Source of the DNA: a virus
Direction: 5' to 3' (one strand)
Virus record (IMG/VR): IMGVR_UViG_3300021256_000065
DNA: 36,205 nucleotides
Below, in pieces: positions 31,178 to 36,205 of the stretch. The notes under the pieces are model-generated. The model was not told the DNA's origin. It was given only the letters and a program-made list of their open reading frames with translations, and did not search any database. The first letter of the stretch is position 1; every line of letters begins with the position of its first letter. Position numbers and translations under genes: made by a program.

Positions 31178-31645
31178 ATGAAGAAAATCAGCACTCTTAC
31201 CAATATCGAATACATGTTCGACCCGAACCGCTCCGGCGCTAAGTATACACTAGACGGCACACACTATATGAACAACGGAGAGTTTGCCGAAGTCGCTACA
31301 AAGGTGGCTCTTGGATATGAACCCCATAAGGATGCTAACACCGCATATAGCGAAGGGAGTGACATCCCTGAACTCCGAGCAAGCGTTAAATCCAGTAAAG
31401 CAACCTTAGTCAATATGAAACTTGCGGATGGATTTGAAGAGTCAATTGAAGTTTACTTCAAAAATACTCATAGCACTTGCTTCATCTACACCGTCCTTTT
31501 GGATGACATGACAACTCTCTATATAATGGACGCCGCTGAATTTAGAGAGTTCATCCACAGATTTGCTACCCTCAATGAGAGAGGCTTCATCCGCTTCAAA
31601 GCTACCAGCGGAAAGACGATCCAGTGGCTAGAGGAGAGGGTATAA
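31178..31645 (+). CDS. hypothetical early cassette protein (155 aa) with GC-rich codon usage
   Basis: The real ATG is at 31178, after 'AAGGAAGGGAGA'. The track ORF start at 31079 runs through the promoter and is not used. Confidence 0.5.
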   Translation: MKKISTLTNIEYMFDPNRSGAKYTLDGTHYMNNGEFAEVATKVALGYEPHKDANTAYSEGSDIPELRASVKSSKATLVNMKLADGFEESIEVYFKNTHSTCFIYTVLLDDMTTLYIMDAAEFREFIHRFATLNERGFIRFKATSGKTIQWLEERV

Positions 31646-31681
31646 ACCCTCTCCCCAACAAAATTTTTTCAAAATTAACAC

Positions 31682-31710
31682 TTGACAAATATTAAATCAT
31701 CTGTTATAAT
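31682..31710 (+). promoter_or_regulatory. sigma-A promoter TTGACA-17-TGtTATAAT
   Basis: Read directly. Confidence 0.5.
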
Positions 31711-31740
31711 TAAATCATCAAAGAACAGGAGAACAAAACA

Positions 31741-31896
31741 ATGACAAAAGAACAAATTAAAAACATGATGGAAGCAACAGGACAAAAACTTATTTATGAG
31801 GATGACTACAATCTTGAATATGAAAATCCTATGTATGGAGAAACTATTAATTTTGAATTTAACTCAGAAGGGTTATTCTATAAAATTTATAGCTGA
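31741..31896 (+). CDS. small early cassette protein (51 aa)
   Basis: RBS 'AACAGGAGAAC'. TGA stop, then the twin terminator. Confidence 0.45.
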   Translation: MTKEQIKNMMEATGQKLIYEDDYNLEYENPMYGETINFEFNSEGLFYKIYS

Positions 31897-31953
31897 GGGC
31901 GGAAGCCCTCTTTTTTATGCGCGGCGCGCTGGTGGCCGCACCAGCGCGTTTTT
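31895..31953 (+). terminator. Twin terminator: GAGGGCggaaGCCCTC plus T-run, then CGCGCTGGTGgccgCACCAGCGCG plus T-run
   Basis: Read directly. Confidence 0.6.
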
Positions 31954-32043
31954 CCATTGTACCATACCCATCGGGTTTTGTCAATTGACATTTTGCACAA
32001 ATTTTAATGCTAAAAATATCCTAAAATTCGTCATTTTTTCAAA

Positions 32044-32215
32044 AGTTAAAAATTGGTAGATTTCTTGTTAAAAATTTAACAATCGACTAAAAGTGAAAAA
32101 TCGGCAAAGTTCTTGTTAAACTTTTAACAATCTACCTACCACCCCTTGTTAAATTCTTAACAAGGGAAAAGTTAAAAATCGGCGGTTTTGACTTTGTTAA
32201 AAAAATAACTTTTAA
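32044..32215. repeat. Tandem array of four palindromic TTGTTAA-N4/5-TTAACAA sites, each preceded by a 'AAAGT(G/T)AAAAATYGG' half-unit. It lies directly upstream of the promoter at 32223.
   Basis: Palindromes at 32065-32082, 32113-32130 and 32144-32165 (CCTTGTTAAATTCTTAACAAGG), plus the half-site 32196-32211. A two-copy version of the same array sits at 31020-31100. Confidence 0.55.
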
Positions 32216-32222
32216 AAAGGGG

Positions 32223-32251
32223 TTGACAACCGGAGTAATAGGGCTTATAAT
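32223..32251 (+). promoter_or_regulatory. sigma-A promoter TTGACA-17-TATAAT
   Basis: 'TTGACAACCGGAG' plus the shared leader. Confidence 0.5.
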
Positions 32252-32282
32252 AAGGGTACAAACAAGGAAGGGGGACAACCTA

Positions 32283-32744
32283 ATGACTACCAACACCGCA
32301 CTCCACATCAATCTGATTGACCGCTACAATGCCGTTGCTTACACCCATGAGTATGTATGGGGCTTCACCTACAAAAAGAATGTCTATATGGCAATCACCG
32401 ACGCAACTGTGATGCCGTTCGTTACCTGCCTTGACAAGGCAAGCCGTGGTGCTGGATATGCACTCCGCTTCTGCCCCAACACTCAGCAGAAAATCGCTCT
32501 GCTTCCATATGCGACCCTCCTTTGCTCTGAAGCCTACTTCAATGAGGTAGTCGCCGATAGCAAGTATAATAAGGGCGAAATCTTTGAAAAAATGGTTACC
32601 GAACATTTCGGGCAGACTTGGGAAAAGGATAATGTCCCCTTCACAGAAGACGGCGATATCACAGTCAACGGTACTGCATATCAAATCAAGTTCCAGAAAG
32701 CCACCTTCTGCAACGAAAAGAGCATAGCCAACCTTGAAAAATAA
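32283..32744 (+). CDS. hypothetical early cassette protein (153 aa) with GC-rich codon usage
   Basis: ATG follows 'AAGGAAGGGGGA'. The track start at 32223 is spurious. Confidence 0.5.
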   Translation: MTTNTALHINLIDRYNAVAYTHEYVWGFTYKKNVYMAITDATVMPFVTCLDKASRGAGYALRFCPNTQQKIALLPYATLLCSEAYFNEVVADSKYNKGEIFEKMVTEHFGQTWEKDNVPFTEDGDITVNGTAYQIKFQKATFCNEKSIANLEK

Positions 32745-32785
32745 GGTTGGCTATATAGCCCGGGCGCTTGAAAAAAAATTTCATA

Positions 32786-32814
32786 TTGACATTTTAAAAA
32801 AACTATTGTATAAT
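32786..32814 (+). promoter_or_regulatory. sigma-A promoter TTGACA-17-TGTATAAT
   Basis: Read directly. Confidence 0.5.
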
Positions 32815-32841
32815 GTATATAGAAAGTGAGGGAAGAACAAA

Positions 32842-33102
32842 ATGAAAACTTTTATATTCGCTTTTTTCTTGACTATCGCAGGAATCATCGGAACATGGGA
32901 ATCTGAATATTCTAGACCCGTAATCTGCACCTACTATGACCCCTGCACTAATATTTCTACTTTCACAGACAATAGCGGGAATGATTGGGAATGGGAAAAT
33001 GAAAATGATGAAGTTTTTGAAATCGGAAAGTCCTATACCATCATCATGGATGATAATCATTCTTCTTCTATCTATGATGACATCATTAAAAAAATAAAAT
33101 AA
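32842..33102 (+). CDS. small protein with an N-terminal hydrophobic segment, either secreted or membrane-anchored
   Basis: 'MKTFIFAFFLTIAGIIG' followed by an acidic soluble part. RBS 'AGTGAGGGAAGAAC'. Confidence 0.45.
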   Translation: MKTFIFAFFLTIAGIIGTWESEYSRPVICTYYDPCTNISTFTDNSGNDWEWENENDEVFEIGKSYTIIMDDNHSSSIYDDIIKKIK

Positions 33103-33118
33103 AAAAATAAAAAACCTA

Positions 33119-33147
33119 TTGACAAACTAGAAAAGAAAGTTTATAAT
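33119..33147 (+). promoter_or_regulatory. sigma-A promoter TTGACA-17-TATAAT
   Basis: Read directly. Confidence 0.5.
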
Positions 33148-33178
33148 AGACTTATCAAAAGAAAGGAAGAAAAAAATT

Positions 33179-33409
33179 ATGACGAACGTATCCTATGATA
33201 TTTACCGCAACAATCAGAAAGTAAAAAATGTAACTACCTACGCTGAGGCGGTTGCTTCTGTTAAAGAGCTGGGCGGGCGCGGGACTTTCAAGACTGTTTA
33301 CACTAGCTTCAACCCCGAAGACACCGCAGAAAAGCGTGAATACGCCCATTCTCACGCTCAGAAAGTACATGAAGCGCTGAAGCGTAAAGCAGGGGTTAAG
33401 AAACATTAA
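33179..33409 (+). CDS. small basic protein (76 aa)
   Basis: RBS 'AAAGGAAGAAAAAAATT'. GC-rich codons. Confidence 0.45.
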   Translation: MTNVSYDIYRNNQKVKNVTTYAEAVASVKELGGRGTFKTVYTSFNPEDTAEKREYAHSHAQKVHEALKRKAGVKKH

Positions 33410-33457
33410 CCCCTGCACCCCCACAAATAAGAATACAATAGAAAGGAAGTAAAAAAA

Positions 33458-33679
33458 ATGAAAGTATCTATTAACTATTCAATTCCTGTTTCAGCGGTTA
33501 TTGTTTTTGATGAAATTTTCCGTTGTTCTGAACTGACTGACGGCTCTTATCCCCTGCAGAGATACATTGATAAAGCTGAAGAACTTATGCATATGTACGG
33601 TTTTGAATGGGCAGATATCATTGATGATGATGACGGTACTGTGATTGCTCAAATTGAAAGAGAGGACGATGATGAATGA
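33458..33679 (+). CDS. small, strongly acidic protein
   Basis: C-terminus 'ADIIDDDDGTVIAQIEREDDDE'. RBS 'AAAGGAAGTAAAAAAA'. It is co-transcribed with 33179. Confidence 0.45.
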   Translation: MKVSINYSIPVSAVIVFDEIFRCSELTDGSYPLQRYIDKAEELMHMYGFEWADIIDDDDGTVIAQIEREDDDE

Positions 33680-33765
33680 TACTAATGGTATTGTTGATGA
33701 TGACAGCGGCCTTCCTTATAGTTTTACTGAATGATGATGGCCCAAATAGACCGAGGTTTACATGA
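33676..33765 (+). CDS. 29-aa hydrophobic micro-ORF coupled by an ATGA overlap to the acidic protein gene
   Basis: 'MILMVLLMMTAAFLIVLLNDDGPNRPRFT'. Its stop lies in the loop of the terminator at 33749-33780. Confidence 0.25.
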   Translation: MILMVLLMMTAAFLIVLLNDDGPNRPRFT

Positions 33766-33820
33766 CCTCGGTCATTTTTCGCCCGGGTCGCATGTTAAAA
33801 AAATAACTAACAAAGACCGC

Positions 33821-33849
33821 TTGACATTCTTTTATTGTTTTGATATAAT
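33821..33849 (+). promoter_or_regulatory. sigma-A promoter TTGACA-17-TGaTATAAT
   Basis: Read directly. Confidence 0.5.
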
Positions 33850-33875
33850 CATTATCAGAAAGGAGATGTAACACA

Positions 33876-34367
33876 ATGAAATTTTTGAATGAAGATTTAC
33901 TTGTTTCCTTAGTAGATGATTTTCTTGAGCCTTTTGGCCTTGACTCAGATTTTTCAAGTGATTTTTCATACGACCCTGAAGATGAAAGAGTTTATTTTTC
34001 AATCGCTTTTTCTGAAAGGTCTGATAGACTTTTTAAAGAGTATGTTGAAAAAACTTTTCATTTCAATGTTCCACACATTTTTATGATTAGTTTGTTGCAT
34101 GAGGTTGGACATTTTTTCACCCTACATACATTTTCTAAAATGAGATTAGAAGCTGTCCACTCAGCAAAAAATCTCATTGAAGAAGCGTTAAAAATGGATG
34201 ACGATGATGAAATCTATTCTTTGTATTTTGATTTAAGCATCGAAAAGGTTGCAACGGCTTGGGCGGTTGACTATTACAGAAAAAACATGAAACGCTGTGA
34301 AGATTTTTATTCAAAGTTTGTAAATGCCCTTAGAACGGAATATAAAAGGCTGGGAGTGACTGAGTAA
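33876..34367 (+). CDS. putative zinc metallopeptidase (HExxH motif)
   Basis: 'ISLLHEVGHFFTLHTF' contains HEVGH. 163 aa. RBS 'AAAGGAGATGT'. Confidence 0.4.
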   Translation: MKFLNEDLLVSLVDDFLEPFGLDSDFSSDFSYDPEDERVYFSIAFSERSDRLFKEYVEKTFHFNVPHIFMISLLHEVGHFFTLHTFSKMRLEAVHSAKNLIEEALKMDDDDEIYSLYFDLSIEKVATAWAVDYYRKNMKRCEDFYSKFVNALRTEYKRLGVTE

Positions 34368-34424
34368 GTCACCCCTAACCGCCCGGGCAGCGAGATTGTT
34401 AAAAAAATAACTTTTAAAATGGTA

Positions 34425-34453
34425 TTGACATTTGTTCCTTTGTGTGGTATAGT
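34425..34453 (+). promoter_or_regulatory. sigma-A promoter TTGACA-17-TGgTATAGT
   Basis: Read directly. Confidence 0.45.
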
Positions 34454-34479
34454 ATAACCATGAAAGAGAGGTAAACAAA

Positions 34480-34821
34480 ATGGCTCGTAAAATTTTCTTC
34501 GCAAGAGATTGGGACAAAGTTGGTAGAAATTATTATGAAATTTATACCACTGTTTGTATGGGATATACTTTTACTGTTGGAAAAGGAATTGAAAGAGACC
34601 CGAACTTTTCTATCTTTTATGTAACTAATGATGGACAGCATGACCATTACGAAATCCTTAATGTTTACATTACTGCAGGCGATACCATCGAAGATACACA
34701 GAAAGGCGTTCTTACTACTCTCAAAAGAGAAATGAAAAGAGTTATTCAAAGAGGGTTGACAACTCGTGTAAAAAGTGGTATGCTTACTATAGAACAGATA
34801 GAAAGGTGGGTAACAAAATGA
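34480..34821 (+). CDS. hypothetical early cassette protein
   Basis: RBS 'AGAGAGGTAAAC'. Confidence 0.5.
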   Translation: MARKIFFARDWDKVGRNYYEIYTTVCMGYTFTVGKGIERDPNFSIFYVTNDGQHDHYEILNVYITAGDTIEDTQKGVLTTLKREMKRVIQRGLTTRVKSGMLTIEQIERWVTK

Positions 34822-34956
34822 CAAATTTAAAAGATTTTATGTTATTTCAAATAGGCTCCTATCAAGTTATGGGATTATTCAGTAAAAAAGCTGATACGAA
34901 ACTCAAACGTATTTTACATTATTTGCCTGTATTGATTATTAAGAAAGGATAACAAA

Positions 34957-35196
34957 ATGTATAAACTCTATTCAAGAATAAGTGACCATGAAACAATCCT
35001 TGAACTGTGGGGCGCATCAACCAAACATCCTGATAGCGTGTTTTTCTTTTCAGAATTTGAACCAAGCCCATGGTTTGACAGGATTGACCAAATTGTTCCT
35101 TGGCTTCTGGAATGCGCAAGCAAAATGAACTGGCCTATCCATTCTTACGAACTGGCAAAATGGGCGTGCATGATTTACGAGTCATGGCGCGGTTAG
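34957..35196 (+). CDS. hypothetical early cassette protein
   Basis: RBS 'AAGAAAGGATAAC'. Confidence 0.45.
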   Translation: MYKLYSRISDHETILELWGASTKHPDSVFFFSEFEPSPWFDRIDQIVPWLLECASKMNWPIHSYELAKWACMIYESWRG

Positions 35197-35218
35197 AATT
35201 AATGAAAGGAGATACATC

Positions 35219-35350
35219 ATGCAGGAACTTTTCGATCTTTTCTATCTCTATGATTACATGGTTATGCACACTGTTGATGAAGAATATGAGGAATACATAC
35301 ACCTGCGTCGTTACGTTGCAAAGCTGATTGAGGGGTTGGGGGCTGAGTAA
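35219..35350 (+). CDS. small protein (43 aa)
   Basis: RBS 'AAAGGAGATACATC'. The 3' end carries the shared element 'GGGGGCTGAGTAAGTCCCC'. Confidence 0.4.
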   Translation: MQELFDLFYLYDYMVMHTVDEEYEEYIHLRRYVAKLIEGLGAE

Positions 35351-35434
35351 GTCCCCACTAACTTTGCCGGGCGGCCCGTCGATTTACACAAAAGGATCCA
35401 TATTTTCAATTTGATTTTTGTGCAACATTACGTC

Positions 35435-35463
35435 TTTACAAATCAAGAAACCTTTGCTATAAT
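35435..35463 (+). promoter_or_regulatory. promoter TTTACA-17-TATAAT driving a roughly 170-nt transcript that carries only an 8-codon mini-ORF
   Basis: Read directly. Downstream are the hairpin GAGGGaaacaaaaagCCCTC and an RBS plus 'MRMPRDWI'. Confidence 0.4.
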
Positions 35464-35652
35464 CTAGTTACAAGGTGAGGGAAACAAAAAGCCCTCAAAA
35501 CTCAAAAGGGTTAGACAACAAGGCGCGCTGAGTCTAGCTTTTGGATTGAAAGGAGACAAGCAAAATGAGAATGCCGAGAGATTGGATTTAATCCCTTTGG
35601 CTGAGTAGGAATGCCACTGTATGATTTGTAAAAAATAAAAATAAAAAACCTC

Positions 35653-35681
35653 TTGACAAATAGGGCGACTTGTGGTATGAT
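35653..35681 (+). promoter_or_regulatory. sigma-A promoter TTGACA-17-TGgTATGAT driving a 6-codon leader ORF (MMKIKK) and hairpins
   Basis: 'AAAGGAGATAGATAAGCCC ATGATGAAAATTAAGAAATGA', then GCGCT...AGCGC and GGTAGCGGTGG...CCACC hairpins and an A7T8 tract. Confidence 0.4.
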
Positions 35682-35855
35682 CTAATCACAGGTTAAGAAA
35701 GGAGATAGATAAGCCCATGATGAAAATTAAGAAATGAGCGCTTAGACTTGGGCATGGAGCGCTATGACATAAATTAAAAGGACTTGTCCATGGTAGCGGT
35801 GGATTGGCCACCCACCGAACTACCGAAACTTAAAAAAATTTTTTTTAAAAAAAGC

Positions 35856-35884
35856 TTGACAACTGAATAAGGAACTGATATAAT
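35856..35884 (+). promoter_or_regulatory. sigma-A promoter TTGACA-17-TGaTATAAT with the conserved leader
   Basis: Read directly. Confidence 0.5.
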
Positions 35885-35933
35885 AAAATCATCAAAAAGA
35901 TAAACAAATCATTTAAAAAAGGAGATGTATACT

Positions 35934-36205
35934 ATGACAAAACTTACCTACGCTATGGCTATCGACTTCGCAACCGCAATCATCACCAATGGAACTGCTG
36001 ATTTCAACGGCTTCTCCGCTGATGAGTACCTTGAGAAGCTGGAGTCCCTCAAGGCTTCCCTTGCAAGACGCAACGGCAGTGAGAGAAAACCCACCAAGAC
36101 CCAGCAGGCAAATGAGGGTCTGAAAGAAGATATGTGGGCTTACGTTTCTGAGAATGGCGCAAAGCGTGCCAATGAGGTCGCTGAACACTTATCTTCTTTC
36201 AGACC
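35934..36205 (+). CDS. hypothetical early cassette protein, 3'-partial (runs off the window), with GC-rich codon usage
   Basis: ATG follows 'AAAAGGAGATGTATACT'. The frame is open to the window end. It is not in the ORF track because it has no stop. Confidence 0.5.
   Translation, partial: MTKLTYAMAIDFATAIITNGTADFNGFSADEYLEKLESLKASLARRNGSERKPTKTQQANEGLKEDMWAYVSENGAKRANEVAEHLSSFR

Noticed and set aside
32044-32215. The tandem palindromic repeat array as a CRISPR array
   Set aside because: Unit spacing is irregular (34-49 bp). The repeats are themselves palindromic operator-like sites shared with single copies elsewhere. There are no unique spacers of constant length and no cas genes.
31079-32282. 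ORF-track N-terminal extensions (31079..31645 and 32223..32744, also 28573..29106 and 30663..30878) that read through promoter and operator DNA
   Set aside because: The extensions span the -35 and -10 hexamers and have no RBS. Downstream ATGs at 31178, 32283, 28666 and 30702 follow good Shine-Dalgarno sequences.
35490-35830. Possible suppressor tRNA within the promoter-driven non-coding transcripts (CTA/TAG triplets at 35531-35540 and 35738-35746)
   Set aside because: I could not build an acceptor, D, anticodon and T-arm cloverleaf around either site. The hairpins present are simple stem-loops.

Overview
The window reads as a large section of a low-GC (about 30%) bacteriophage genome. The host is probably a Firmicutes anaerobe. 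This rests on sigma-A-type TTGACA-17bp-TATAAT promoters with extended -10 TG, AGGAGG ribosome-binding sites, and a class III anaerobic ribonucleotide reductase (NrdD/NrdG). The layout has three parts. (a) 1-8569 on the + strand is a replication and nucleotide-metabolism module: DnaE-type polymerase (5'-partial), guanylate-kinase-like kinase, NrdD, NrdG and dUTPase. (b) 8739-25242 is a long minus-strand morphogenesis operon that begins with a consensus promoter. It encodes a sigma-region-4-like regulator, a TerS-like protein, TerL, a small PD-(D/E)xK nuclease, portal, scaffold, major capsid and tail-proximal proteins. (c) 25326-36205 on the + strand is an early region of small ORFs. It starts with one polycistronic block (25382-27425) and continues as about 18 self-contained cassettes, each with its own consensus promoter, RBS, ORF and terminator. 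The main finding is that TAG (amber) is a sense codon in this phage. Essential, recognisable genes (nrdD, nrdG, terL, portal and others) contain one to ten in-frame TAG codons but never an in-frame TAA or TGA. TAA and TGA are used as the real stops, including in ATGA start/stop overlaps. Most six-frame ORF fragments on the minus strand are therefore pieces of longer genes, and I re-joined them by hand translation. TAG use is strongly biased: it is dense in late genes and a few replication genes, and absent from the capsid, scaffold and early-cassette genes. One early cassette ends on a TAG placed inside a terminator hairpin. The early region also carries a repeated palindromic motif, TTGTTAA-N4/5-TTAACAA. 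I located 15 or more copies upstream of the cassette promoters. Other early-region features are a conserved transcribed leader, duplicated terminator/operator modules, iteron-like repeats and several promoter-driven mini-ORF transcripts. I found no tRNA, rRNA, CRISPR array or integrase in the window.
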